A stretch of 32,000 nucleotides of DNA, from assembly GCF_000018785.1 (NCBI RefSeq), contig NC_010163.1, forward strand, positions 120,001 through 152,000, in the 5' to 3' direction. The first letter of the stretch is position 1, and every line of letters begins with the position of its first letter. Under the pieces are notes generated by a model. It was not told where the DNA came from and searched no databases. It saw only the letters and a program-made list of their open reading frames with translations. This document shows, in pieces, positions 1-9,431 of the stretch. Source of the stretch: Acholeplasma laidlawii PG-8A. GTDB lineage: Bacteria; Bacillota_I; Bacilli_A; Acholeplasmatales; Acholeplasmataceae. A program made the position numbers and the translations under genes.

Positions 1-1
1 G

Positions 2-118
2 AGGTTTAGTTATGGTTTTACTAAGATTGAAATACCCGTAGATTTCAGCAAAGTTTATGAAAATTCGGATAAAAATCTATATGAACATAAAGCCACTAAA
101 AATAACTTAAGAAGATAA
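2..118 (+). CDS. C-terminal fragment of an unidentified CDS (38 aa, ...KIEIPVDFSKVYENSDKNLYEHKATKNNLRR)
   Basis: Open frame 2 from the window edge to TAA at 116..118; truncated, so no product assigned. Confidence 0.4.
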   Translation, partial: RFSYGFTKIEIPVDFSKVYENSDKNLYEHKATKNNLRR

Positions 119-172
119 GTAGAGATAACTTCATTCCAATGATTAATTAATCACATATTTAGCATGATATAC

Positions 173-201
173 TTGACAAATCAAAGGGAATATTATATTA
201 T
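173..201 (+). promoter_or_regulatory. Sigma-A-type promoter for rplM-rpsI (TTGACA-17-TATTAT)
   Basis: TTGACA 173..178, 17-nt spacer, TATTAT 196..201, upstream of rplM. Confidence 0.6.
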
Positions 202-237
202 ATTTCACGGTACGTTTTAAAGCTTATATTCCACAGC

Positions 238-263
238 CCTTATAGCAGTGTAAAATTATAAGG
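238..263 (+). promoter_or_regulatory. Leader hairpin covering the rplM Shine-Dalgarno (possible L13 leader)
   Basis: CCTTATA (238..244) pairs with TATAAGG (257..263), which contains the start of AAGGAG just upstream of the rplM ATG at 281. Confidence 0.35.
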
Positions 264-280
264 AGAAAGTCTAAAAAAAT

Positions 281-709
281 ATGAAAACATTTATGGCAAA
301 TGAATCAACAATCCAACGCAAGTGGTATGTTGTCGATGCTGAAGGTAAAACTTTAGGTCGTTTAGCAACTGTAGTTGCTAGCGTTTTAAAAGGAAAACAT
401 AAACCAACCTACACTCCACATGTAGACTCAGGTGACTATGTGATCGTTATTAACGCAGAAAAAATTAAATTAACTGGTAACAAATGGAATGATAAGATCT
501 ATTATAAGCATTCAGGTTATGAATCAGGTCTAACTGAAACACCAGCTAAAGAATTAGTAGTTAAAAAACCTACAGCTTTAGTTGAAAAAGCAGTTAAAGG
601 TATGATTCCACATACATCTCTTGGTAGAGATATGTTTAGAAAACTGTTCGTATATGCAGGACCTGAACATAAACATCAAGCACAACAACCAGAAAGTTTG
701 GAGGTATAA
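281..709 (+). CDS. rplM: 50S ribosomal protein L13
   Basis: [29 protein letters not shown]...[17 protein letters not shown], characteristic L13; RBS AAGGAG. Confidence 0.98.
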   Translation: MKTFMANESTIQRKWYVVDAEGKTLGRLATVVASVLKGKHKPTYTPHVDSGDYVIVINAEKIKLTGNKWNDKIYYKHSGYESGLTETPAKELVVKKPTALVEKAVKGMIPHTSLGRDMFRKLFVYAGPEHKHQAQQPESLEV

Positions 710-713
710 TTAC

Positions 714-1112
714 ATGGCAAAAGATTTAGTTCAATACTTAGGTACAGGACGCAGAAAGTCATCTGTTGCTCGTGTTATCCTAACTCCTGGTACAGGAAAG
801 TTTATTGTTAATGGTAGAGAGTTTGAAGAATATATTCCTTCAGCTGCAACACGCCTAGACGTTCTACAACCATTAGAATTAACTGAAAATGTAGGTAAGT
901 TCGATGTTAGAGCTAACGTTAACGGTGGCGGTTTAACTGGACAAGCAGGTGCAATCCGTTTAGGTATTACACGTGCACTTATGGAAGTTGATGAAGACTT
1001 ACGTAAAGTGTTAAAACCAGCTGGTTTAGTAACTCGTGATCCAAGAGCTAAAGAACGTTATAAATACGGTCTAAGAAAAGCACGTCGTGCAACTCAATTC
1101 TCAAAACGTTAA
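714..1112 (+). CDS. rpsI: 30S ribosomal protein S9
   Basis: [21 protein letters not shown]...[29 protein letters not shown]; start at ATG 714 after GGAGG, not at 621 as in the ORF track. Confidence 0.98.
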   Translation: MAKDLVQYLGTGRRKSSVARVILTPGTGKFIVNGREFEEYIPSAATRLDVLQPLELTENVGKFDVRANVNGGGLTGQAGAIRLGITRALMEVDEDLRKVLKPAGLVTRDPRAKERYKYGLRKARRATQFSKR

Positions 1113-1132
1113 TATTTATATACATTCAAAAG

Positions 1133-1160
1133 AAAACTTCCATGATGTGGGAGTTTTTTC
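1133..1160 (+). terminator. Rho-independent terminator after rpsI
   Basis: AAAACTTCC-atgatgt-GGGAGTTTTTTC. Confidence 0.7.
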
Positions 1161-1282
1161 TTATTAACCGATTTTATGTGTCTGTAGCTACATTAAGTGG
1201 TGCAATAGAAAGTTAAAATTTGTATGTTTAGTTAATTAGGAATAAGAAGTTAGATAAATAACAAGCATAATACATAATAAAC

Positions 1283-1311
1283 TTGTTTATTCAGTCGAAA
1301 TAATTTATAAT
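1283..1311 (+). promoter_or_regulatory. Promoter for gltX (TTGTTT-17-TATAAT)
   Basis: TTGTTT 1283..1288, TATAAT 1306..1311. Confidence 0.6.
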
Positions 1312-1335
1312 AAAGGTTGCGAAATGAGGGTGAAC

Positions 1336-2685
1336 ATGAAAAAGTTTAGAGCGCGTTATGCACCATCACCTACAGGACATTTACATATTGGTAATGCAAG
1401 AACAGCATTATTCAATTACTTATTTGCTCGTCACCATGGTGGCGACTTCATTATAAGAATTGAAGATACCGATGTTGCAAGAAATGTTGAAGGTGGTATT
1501 ACATCTCAATTAAATAATTTAAAATGGTTAGGTATGGACTGGGATGAAGGCGTTGATGTTGGAGGTTCTTTTGGTCCTTATAATCAATTAAGCCGTCTAG
1601 AACTGTACAAAAAGTACGCATTTGAGCTACTTGAAAAAGGTTATGCTTATAAAGATTTTAAAGAAGGATCAGAAGATTTTGCGATCCGTTTTAAGGTTCC
1701 AGAAAATGTATTATATGAATTTGATGACGTTATTCGTGGTACACTGAAATTTGAATCAAAAGATGTTGAAGACTGGATTATCTTAAAAGATAATGGTATT
1801 CCTACTTATAACTTTGCTGTTGTTATTGATGATCACTATATGGAAATTACCCACGTGTTTAGAGGTGAAGAACATATTACAAATACACCTAAACAACTCA
1901 TGGTATATGATGCTTTAGGTTGGGAGTATCCAACATTTGGCCACATGACAATTATTGTCAATGAAGACCGTAAAAAGTTAAGTAAAAGAGATACTAATAC
2001 AATTCAATTTATTGAAGATTATAAGAACTTAGGTTTCTTACCAGAAGCGATGTTAAACTTCTTATCATTACTGGGATGGAGTCCTAAAGATGATGAAGAA
2101 ATTTTATCAAAAGAAGAACTTATCTCATTATTTGATGAACATAGACTAAGTGCTGCACCAAGTTACTTTGATAAGCAAAAGTTAGCTTACATCAACTCTA
2201 GATACTTAAAAGCTTTATCTATGGACGAACTAAAGGATCTAACCAGACCATTTTTAATCAATCACGGCATTGAAATTAAAAATGAAGCATGGTTAGAAAG
2301 TTTATTATCCATCTTAAAAGATAGATTATCCTATGGTGCTGAAATCACTAAGTACTATGATCAATTCTTCCATCATGATTTTGTTTTAGAACCAGCTGTT
2401 TTAGAAGAAATTAAAGAATTTGATAATGAAGTTGTTATTAAAGGCTTTATGGGTGCAATATCGTCTGTTGACTTTACAGATGACGTGGCAATTAACCAAG
2501 CACTTAAAGATACCGGTAAAGCCCTAAATATTAAAGGTAAACCACTATTCATGCCGATTAGAATAGCAACTACTGGCGAAGCACATGGACCAAGCCTACC
2601 GGTATCATTAAGTTTACTAGGTAAAGAATTAGTAATTAAACGCATGAACAAAACTTTAGAAGTACTAAAAGGAGAAACTAAATGA
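1336..2685 (+). CDS. gltX: Glutamyl-tRNA synthetase (possibly non-discriminating)
   Basis: ARYAPSPTGHLHIGNARTALFNYLFARHHGGDFIIRIEDTD (HIGH-like motif) and KLSKRD. The ATG at 1336 follows GAGGGTG; the track starts at 1324. Confidence 0.96.
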   Translation: MKKFRARYAPSPTGHLHIGNARTALFNYLFARHHGGDFIIRIEDTDVARNVEGGITSQLNNLKWLGMDWDEGVDVGGSFGPYNQLSRLELYKKYAFELLEKGYAYKDFKEGSEDFAIRFKVPENVLYEFDDVIRGTLKFESKDVEDWIILKDNGIPTYNFAVVIDDHYMEITHVFRGEEHITNTPKQLMVYDALGWEYPTFGHMTIIVNEDRKKLSKRDTNTIQFIEDYKNLGFLPEAMLNFLSLLGWSPKDDEEILSKEELISLFDEHRLSAAPSYFDKQKLAYINSRYLKALSMDELKDLTRPFLINHGIEIKNEAWLESLLSILKDRLSYGAEITKYYDQFFHHDFVLEPAVLEEIKEFDNEVVIKGFMGAISSVDFTDDVAINQALKDTGKALNIKGKPLFMPIRIATTGEAHGPSLPVSLSLLGKELVIKRMNKTLEVLKGETK

Positions 2686-4259
2686 AAAAAGTTTTAACAA
2701 TTGTTGCTTTTGCATTATTGCTTGTACTAGCAGGTTGTACATCACAAGCAAGATCTAATGCAAGAGCATATGTAACATCTATCTCTGCAACATCTACAGA
2801 AGTTCAATTTAAAGTAGAATTAAGAGACCCTGATACAGAATTAGATAGTAAAACACTCGTAGTTAGAGTGAAAACAAGCGGGGAAGCAGATGTTGACCAA
2901 ACATTAGAGTTATCTACTGCAACACCAAGTAAAACAATTAAATTTACTGATTTAAAAATGGGTAGTAGTTATGATGTATATGTCTTTGGTCAAAAGAATA
3001 ATAAACAAGTCCAACTATATTATTTAAGTGCTACATTTAAAACATTAAGTCCTGGTGATGAAGAAGCAAATCCAATTGTAATTACAACAACAGAAGAATT
3101 TAAATCAATGGATTCTAAAAAACACTATGCTTTAGGTAATGACCTAGACTTCGGTAATGTATCTATGATGCCTTTATTTACATCAGGCACACCATTTAGT
3201 GGTAGTTTTGACGGTAAAGATTTTACCTTAAAAAATATCAATATTACAGCTGAAGATGATGTATATAAATCATATCTATCCATCTTTGGTTATGCATCTA
3301 AATCAACGATTAAAAACGTTAAATTAGATAATGTACATATTGATAACGAAGCTAAACCATACATTGGTATCCACTATGTAGGATTAATCGTAAGTAAAGT
3401 ATCAAACAATGCATTCTTATTAGAAAACATTGAAATAACAAATTCAAGTGTAACCATTAGCCACAATAGAAATCAATCCGTAACAAACCGTAACTTGTAT
3501 GTTGGTTTAGTGGGTGGTTCTATGCAAGGTACATTAAGAAATATCGTAGTTAAAGACTCTATCTTAAATGTTGAACAAAATGCCTTAAATGGTGTATATG
3601 CTGGAGCACAAGCTGCAACTGCAGGTACATACGTAGGTGGTGCATTTGGTTTAATTGAACAAGATAAAGGTACAGGTATTGAACAAATAGCTGTAGTGGA
3701 TACAGATGTTAATGTAAATATCAACCAAGATAAAGCAAGCTTAGGCACAGGTGTATTATTTGTTGGCGGTGTATTTGGAGCATATAGAAGTGATCGTAAT
3801 ACAGCTGAGATTTATTCAAATGCAGCAATTTCTGTATCACACACAAAACATGCAAATACAGCAAGCGATAAATTAGATACAATCTATGCTGGTGGTATTG
3901 TTGGTTCGATTATTAAATCAAGATTAAATGAAGTATTATTTAATGGTGAACTTACTATTAGTGCATCTGATGTATTAAACAGAGTACACACAAGTTTAGT
4001 TGCAGGACAAGCTACAACATCATCTACTAAGTTATTAGCAGGTGGTATTATAGAAGTTACAACTACAAATGGTAACCAAGTTGCAACAGCAAGCGAACTA
4101 TACCCATATGCTTGGGCAAACAAAGTAAATGAAGTAAAAATTCTGAACAGTGCAGCAATTAATTTTGATGGTACTGCAGTTGATTTATCAGCATTTAATG
4201 TAGTTACATCAGCAGCTGATTTCTTAACATCTGAGTTTGTTTTAAGTCATTTAAACTAA
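2682..4259 (+). CDS. Surface lipoprotein with GLUG-like / beta-helix adhesin-type repeats
   Basis: Lipobox LVLAGC; repeats such as 'GSFDGKDFTLKNINI', 'SIFGYASKSTIKNVKLDNVHI', 'YVGLVGGSMQGTLRNIVV'. ATGA overlap with the gltX stop. Confidence 0.75.
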   Translation: MKKVLTIVAFALLLVLAGCTSQARSNARAYVTSISATSTEVQFKVELRDPDTELDSKTLVVRVKTSGEADVDQTLELSTATPSKTIKFTDLKMGSSYDVYVFGQKNNKQVQLYYLSATFKTLSPGDEEANPIVITTTEEFKSMDSKKHYALGNDLDFGNVSMMPLFTSGTPFSGSFDGKDFTLKNINITAEDDVYKSYLSIFGYASKSTIKNVKLDNVHIDNEAKPYIGIHYVGLIVSKVSNNAFLLENIEITNSSVTISHNRNQSVTNRNLYVGLVGGSMQGTLRNIVVKDSILNVEQNALNGVYAGAQAATAGTYVGGAFGLIEQDKGTGIEQIAVVDTDVNVNINQDKASLGTGVLFVGGVFGAYRSDRNTAEIYSNAAISVSHTKHANTASDKLDTIYAGGIVGSIIKSRLNEVLFNGELTISASDVLNRVHTSLVAGQATTSSTKLLAGGIIEVTTTNGNQVATASELYPYAWANKVNEVKILNSAAINFDGTAVDLSAFNVVTSAADFLTSEFVLSHLN

Positions 4260-4307
4260 ACATAATTTAGTCAGATATCAATTCAATAAATATATAGTAT
4301 AATTAAG

Positions 4308-4334
4308 GCTGGCAAATATCATTTGCCAGCTTTT
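4308..4334 (+). terminator. Rho-independent terminator between lipoprotein and permease genes
   Basis: GCTGGCAAAT-atc-ATTTGCCAGC followed by TTTT. Confidence 0.7.
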
Positions 4335-4355
4335 ATTGTTAAAAAAGGACACTTT

Positions 4356-5672
4356 ATGGCACTTACACTTATTATATTTTCACTTACAGTAGTTATACTT
4401 ATCTTGATGGTTATGTTTAAACCAAAACTTTATTTTGGTAATTTTTCTATAGAATCATTTTGGCTTGTTGCAGTTATTGGTGCACTTTTATTAGTGATAT
4501 TTCAACTGGTATCTCCAAGTGAGATCTATCAAAGTTTAACAAAAAGTACTGGGATGAATCCAATTAAACTACTTATCATTTTTATTTCAATGAGTGGTTT
4601 ATCTGTGATGCTTGATGAATTGGGATTTTTTAAGAAAGTATCTATTCTGGTTTTAAAAGCTGCGGGTACAAGTCAACTAAAGATTTTTATCTATTTATAT
4701 ATGACGGTATCCTTTTTAACGATATTTACTTCTAATGACATCATTATTTTAACCTTTACACCGATTATCATCTATTTTTCTAAACACGCTAAAATCAACC
4801 CAATACCGTATCTATTATCAGAGTTTGTAGCAGCCAATACATGGAGCTTAATGTTTATGATTGGTAATCCAACCAATATCTATTTAGCTTCAGCATTTAA
4901 TATTACGTTCTTTGAATACTTTAAAGTTATGATGATTCCAACGATTGCTGCAGGTACATTTACATTTATTATCTTATGGGTGTTATTCAATAAAGATTTA
5001 AGAAAACCAATGGATAAAACCATACTAGATAATGTAGTACTAGATAGACCGGTACTTGTATGGGTTACTTTAATTAACCTAGTACTCGCAACCACGTTTC
5101 TTACCCTATCATCTTATATAGCTATAGAGATGTATTTGATTGCATTATGCTTCTTACTATTTAATGCATCCTTCATGGTCTTTTATCAAGTGTTTGTTTA
5201 TAAAGAACATCCGGCATACTTTTTAAATACTGTTAAAAGAATGCCGTGGAATTTAATGCCTTTTGTTATCTCTATGTTTATTATGGTCATTAGTCTTAAT
5301 AAATATGGGGTTACAGAAAATATAGAAGCTATGTTATCTAATTTAGATAGTTTATATGGATATGGCTTAACGTCCTTTATATCAGCAAACTTTTTAAATA
5401 ATATACCAATGTCCGTGTTATATGCAGACATTATCCATCATATGCCTTTATTACCACAACAAGCACTTAACCGTGCGATATATAGCTCAATTATTGGATC
5501 TAATATTGGAGCTTATCTAACACCCATTGGAGCACTAGCTGGTATGATGTGGATGCGTATCTTAAAGAAAGAAGACATAGATTTATCCTTTGGTAAATTT
5601 ATTTCATATGGTGCATTATTATCTATTCCAACCATGTTGATTGCATTAGTTGTATTACAGTTATTTATATAA
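4356..5672 (+). CDS. ArsB/NhaD-type anion permease (SLC13-like), polytopic membrane protein
   Basis: Many hydrophobic segments; 'TSNDIIILTFTPIIIYFSKHAKINPIPYLLSEFVAANTWSLMFMIGNPTNIYLA' is typical of the ArsB/NhaD superfamily. The ATG at 4356 follows AAAGGAC; the track start at 4323 lies inside the hairpin. Confidence 0.75.
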   Translation: MALTLIIFSLTVVILILMVMFKPKLYFGNFSIESFWLVAVIGALLLVIFQLVSPSEIYQSLTKSTGMNPIKLLIIFISMSGLSVMLDELGFFKKVSILVLKAAGTSQLKIFIYLYMTVSFLTIFTSNDIIILTFTPIIIYFSKHAKINPIPYLLSEFVAANTWSLMFMIGNPTNIYLASAFNITFFEYFKVMMIPTIAAGTFTFIILWVLFNKDLRKPMDKTILDNVVLDRPVLVWVTLINLVLATTFLTLSSYIAIEMYLIALCFLLFNASFMVFYQVFVYKEHPAYFLNTVKRMPWNLMPFVISMFIMVISLNKYGVTENIEAMLSNLDSLYGYGLTSFISANFLNNIPMSVLYADIIHHMPLLPQQALNRAIYSSIIGSNIGAYLTPIGALAGMMWMRILKKEDIDLSFGKFISYGALLSIPTMLIALVVLQLFI

Positions 5673-5722
5673 AATAAATCTAAGGTTATATAGAGATTAC
5701 TATATGACCTTTATTTATTATA
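5671..5722 (+). terminator. Imperfect long hairpin after permease gene
   Basis: AAATAAAtctAAGGTtATATAG...CTATATgACCTTtATTTATT. Confidence 0.45.
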
Positions 5723-5809
5723 AGAACTTTAAATCAAGGAAATTCTAACAATCTATAGTGATGAATCATGTATAATAAGAGTAATAGACGTTTAGGAGGA
5801 AAGTCAAAA

Positions 5810-7690
5810 ATGAAACATACTTTAAATAAAATATCTAAAACGAGATTTATAAGAGGTATTAACTGTCCAAGGTTCTTTCCTTTATTTGAAATCTATAAAA
5901 GGGGAAGTAAGGATGCAACGGTATCCTTTACAGATGATTTATCAGATTTAATGACCGAAGAAAATGAGGCAAAAAAACAAGCCTTATTTGAACAAATGAT
6001 TGAATATGAAACAGATGAAGAAACTGATGAAACAGAAGAAGTAGATTTAATTAATGTTGAAAATAAAAAATTAGAAGTGATGTTGCCATACTTTAATAAG
6101 ATGGAAGAAATATCCGCTAAGTATGTACAACATAAATTTAATGCACCAGTGGTTGCAAGTACTGAAACGCGTGATCAAAAAAGATTTGAAGCAACCATAG
6201 GTGATTATAGTTTCTATAGTTTCTTGGATATCTACCAAGAAACTGATGACATCATTAGAGTTATAGAAGCTAAAGCAACCACATCTTCTAAATTTATGGA
6301 TTTAACATTTACAGAAGATAAAGAAAAGTTTAACTTTTTTGAACTTACACCTGAAGGTATATTAATGTCAAGAGAAGCTCTAGGCTTACCGGTTGGAGAA
6401 AAGTACTTCAAGAAAAAACAAGCAATTTTAAAAAGAACCAATCCAATTGGTGGTTATCTTTATGATATTACCTATCAAAGATATGTGATAGAGCATTTCT
6501 TTAAGAGTAACAATATAGAAACGAAACCAATGAAATATTATCTAGCAATACTAAACCACAAATACATTTTTGATGGTGTTTATAAAGATGGACAACCTGA
6601 TTATTATAAAGATATGGATAAGGAAAACTTCCTTATTCGCTTAGTGGATGTTACAGATTTGACTGGGAACTTCTTAGAAAGCTTTGAAGCAGATGTTGAA
6701 GAAGTAATTCATAGACTAGATCACATGACATTAGTACCTTTTCCACTATGTCCTAGAAAAGGTAAGAATAAATGTATGTTCCATGATATATGTTATAAAG
6801 ACATACCTAAAAAGGATTCTATTTTTACCTATATTGGAAATCATAATGGATTTACCGATGAAAAAGGGGAAAAATATAAACCTGAAGATCTCATTAAGAT
6901 GAACATGAAAATGGCACTAGACGTGCCATACTCATGGTTAACAAGAGAAAATAATCAAATTCAATATGAGGTCTTGAGTTCCGGTAAACCTTACATGGAT
7001 AAACCACGTATTAAAGCCATTTTAGGAAAACTAGAGTATCCACTCTATCACTTGGATTTTGAAACCTTTGGTTCACCATTACCGCGTTTTAAAGGTGAGA
7101 AGGCTTATGACCAATCAGTCTTCCAGTTTAACTTACATATTGAACATGCTCCAGGTGTGAGTGATAAGGATTTAGATTCATATGTATATCTTGCAACAGA
7201 CCACTTAGATCAGCGCTATCAGTTAACTAAGTACTTATGTGATCTAATAGGTCCTAAAGGTACGGTGGTTGCATGGAATGATTCATTTGAAAAAACTAGA
7301 ATGAAAGAACTTGCTAAACTATTCCCTGAATTTAGTGATAAGCTAAATGATATTATTAGTAGAACATTTGATTTATGGTATGTCTTTAAAGGCAGTCACC
7401 ATAAGTTATATGACAAGTGGGGTATTCCGGAGAAGAAAGGCTTTAATTATTACCATGAAGCACTCCAAGGATCTTTTTCAATTAAAAAGGTATTACCTAT
7501 TTTTGTTCCTGACTTAAGTTATTCTAATTTGGATGTTAAAAATGGGGATGAAGCAGTCGTTGTTTATGGTAATTTTCCAAAGATGAACAAACAAGAATTC
7601 GAGTTTAATAAACGTGGATTAATAGAATATTGTAAACAAGATACTTGGGCGATGGTCGAGTTATTAAAGTCATTGCGTGAAATCATCTAA
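5810..7690 (+). CDS. DUF2779-like protein: N-terminal RecB/Cas4-like nuclease motifs plus C-terminal DEDDy exonuclease-like domain
   Basis: TRFIRGINCPRFF, DIIRVIEAKA, CPRKGKNKCMFHDIC, then LYHLDFETFG..., VVAWNDSFEKTRMKEL, YCKQDTWAMVELL. Start ATG 5810 after AGGAGG. Confidence 0.7.
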   Translation: MKHTLNKISKTRFIRGINCPRFFPLFEIYKRGSKDATVSFTDDLSDLMTEENEAKKQALFEQMIEYETDEETDETEEVDLINVENKKLEVMLPYFNKMEEISAKYVQHKFNAPVVASTETRDQKRFEATIGDYSFYSFLDIYQETDDIIRVIEAKATTSSKFMDLTFTEDKEKFNFFELTPEGILMSREALGLPVGEKYFKKKQAILKRTNPIGGYLYDITYQRYVIEHFFKSNNIETKPMKYYLAILNHKYIFDGVYKDGQPDYYKDMDKENFLIRLVDVTDLTGNFLESFEADVEEVIHRLDHMTLVPFPLCPRKGKNKCMFHDICYKDIPKKDSIFTYIGNHNGFTDEKGEKYKPEDLIKMNMKMALDVPYSWLTRENNQIQYEVLSSGKPYMDKPRIKAILGKLEYPLYHLDFETFGSPLPRFKGEKAYDQSVFQFNLHIEHAPGVSDKDLDSYVYLATDHLDQRYQLTKYLCDLIGPKGTVVAWNDSFEKTRMKELAKLFPEFSDKLNDIISRTFDLWYVFKGSHHKLYDKWGIPEKKGFNYYHEALQGSFSIKKVLPIFVPDLSYSNLDVKNGDEAVVVYGNFPKMNKQEFEFNKRGLIEYCKQDTWAMVELLKSLREII

Positions 7691-7749
7691 ATGCTTTGCA
7701 TAAAGGGGCTATTTTTTAGTATAATACTATGTAAAGGAATGTTTACTAC

Positions 7750-9054
7750 ATGTTAAAAATATATAACTCACTGTCAAACAAAATTGAAGAATTTAAGCCA
7801 ATTCATGAAAAAAAAGTAAATATGTATGTGTGTGGACCTACAGTCTATGATGATATACATATTGGTAATGGTAGACCCGTTGTCTTTTTTGATGTTGTTA
7901 AGCGTTACTTACAATATCTAGATTATGGCGTTAAATACGCATCTAACATCACTGATGTGGATGATAAGATCATTGACAGAGCCCAAAAACTACATATAAC
8001 TGAAAAAGAACTAGCTACTACTTATACCAACAATTTTTTTGAAATAGCTAAAAAAATTGGTGGATATAATTTTGATGTCACACCACATGCAACCAACTAT
8101 ATTGAAGAAATGATTAAGTTTATTGGTGAACTAATTTCTGATGGGTTTGCATATAAGACCCAAAGTGGTGTCTATTTTAGAGTGGATAAAATCAAAGACT
8201 ATGGGATATTGTCGAACCAACAGGTTAAAGACTTAAAAACTGGAGTCCGTATTGATTTAGAAACTGATAAAGAAAAAGACTATGATTTTGCTTTATGGAA
8301 GAACACAGAAGAAGGTATTAAATATCATGCACCTTGGGGTGATGGTCGTCCTGGGTGGCATACAGAGTGTGTTGTCATGACAAACGAAATCTTTGGTGGT
8401 GAAATTGATATTCACGGTGGTGGGTTTGATTTAAAATTTCCACACCATGAAAATGAAATTGCACAGTCTGTTGCAAAACATGATCACCATCTAGCGAAGT
8501 ACTGGATGCATGTTGGTAGACTGGATTTAGCTAATGAAAAGATGAGTAAATCATTAGGTAATGATATCAAACTTAAAGACCTTGTTCAAGTCTATAATCC
8601 AAATGCATATCGCTTAATGTTGTTAGCACATCATTACCGAGCGCCAATTCAGTTTAGTGATGACTTAATTGAACAATATCAAAAGGCTTATGATAAAATA
8701 TCATATACACTGAATAAGTGGCATTTTCATATGATATTAAACAATATCAATGAAAATGGATTAGATCATGAAAGTATGGAATACTTTGAAGGATTTATGA
8801 ACGATGATTTTGCTACACCTAGAGTTATTTCCTTAATTGATAAACTCATTAAAGACTTAAATAAAGCATTTAAAGTAGAAAACTACAACACGATCATACA
8901 AATACTATCCACATTAGGTATAAACCCTAATATCCTTGAAGTTTTAGAAGATGATATTCAAAACTATAATAACTGGCAACAAGCAAGGTTAGAGAAAAAT
9001 TATGAGAAGGCTGATATCTATAGAAAACCATTATTAGATAAAGGTTTTATCTAA
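7750..9054 (+). CDS. cysS: Cysteinyl-tRNA synthetase
   Basis: MYVCGPTVYDDIHIGNGRPVVFFDVVKRYL; GWHTECVVM; GGGFDLKFPHHENE; KMSKSLGN. Confidence 0.97.
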   Translation: MLKIYNSLSNKIEEFKPIHEKKVNMYVCGPTVYDDIHIGNGRPVVFFDVVKRYLQYLDYGVKYASNITDVDDKIIDRAQKLHITEKELATTYTNNFFEIAKKIGGYNFDVTPHATNYIEEMIKFIGELISDGFAYKTQSGVYFRVDKIKDYGILSNQQVKDLKTGVRIDLETDKEKDYDFALWKNTEEGIKYHAPWGDGRPGWHTECVVMTNEIFGGEIDIHGGGFDLKFPHHENEIAQSVAKHDHHLAKYWMHVGRLDLANEKMSKSLGNDIKLKDLVQVYNPNAYRLMLLAHHYRAPIQFSDDLIEQYQKAYDKISYTLNKWHFHMILNNINENGLDHESMEYFEGFMNDDFATPRVISLIDKLIKDLNKAFKVENYNTIIQILSTLGINPNILEVLEDDIQNYNNWQQARLEKNYEKADIYRKPLLDKGFI

Positions 9055-9431
9055 TGAATGGGTTAGCACTTGCATATTTAGGTGATGCTTATTATGAACT
9101 TGAAATCAGAAAATATTTGATTACTCAAGGTATTAGAAATGTAGGTAAACTACATACTGAAAAGGTTAGATTAGCATCGAATGAAGCACAAGCTTCGATT
9201 ATGAATTATTTTCTTAGTTTAGAGATTTTATCTGAAGAAGAAATTGATGCCTATAAAAAGGGTAGAAATAAATCTCACAACTCAAGAAAACAAATGGATA
9301 TGGTGACATATCAACAAGCAACCGGATTTGAAAGTTTAATAGGCTATTTATCGATAATTGATGAGCAACGCGCTAAAGATTTAATTAATCTAGGTATTAC
9401 ATTTATAAAACAGGGTGGTTACAATGGCTAA
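9054..9431 (+). CDS. mrnC: Mini-ribonuclease III
   Basis: LAYLGDAYYELEIRKYLI...KGRNKSHNSRKQMDMVTYQQATGFESLIGYL; TAATG overlap with cysS, syntenic position. Confidence 0.93.
   Translation: MNGLALAYLGDAYYELEIRKYLITQGIRNVGKLHTEKVRLASNEAQASIMNYFLSLEILSEEEIDAYKKGRNKSHNSRKQMDMVTYQQATGFESLIGYLSIIDEQRAKDLINLGITFIKQGGYNG

Noticed and set aside
2373-2651. Minus-strand ORF antisense to gltX
   Set aside because: No recognisable protein signature and it fully overlaps a clear housekeeping gene; typical shadow ORF.
3473-4123. Minus-strand ORFs antisense to the 2682 lipoprotein
   Set aside because: Low-complexity mirror of Thr/Val-rich repeats; no RBS or protein family features.
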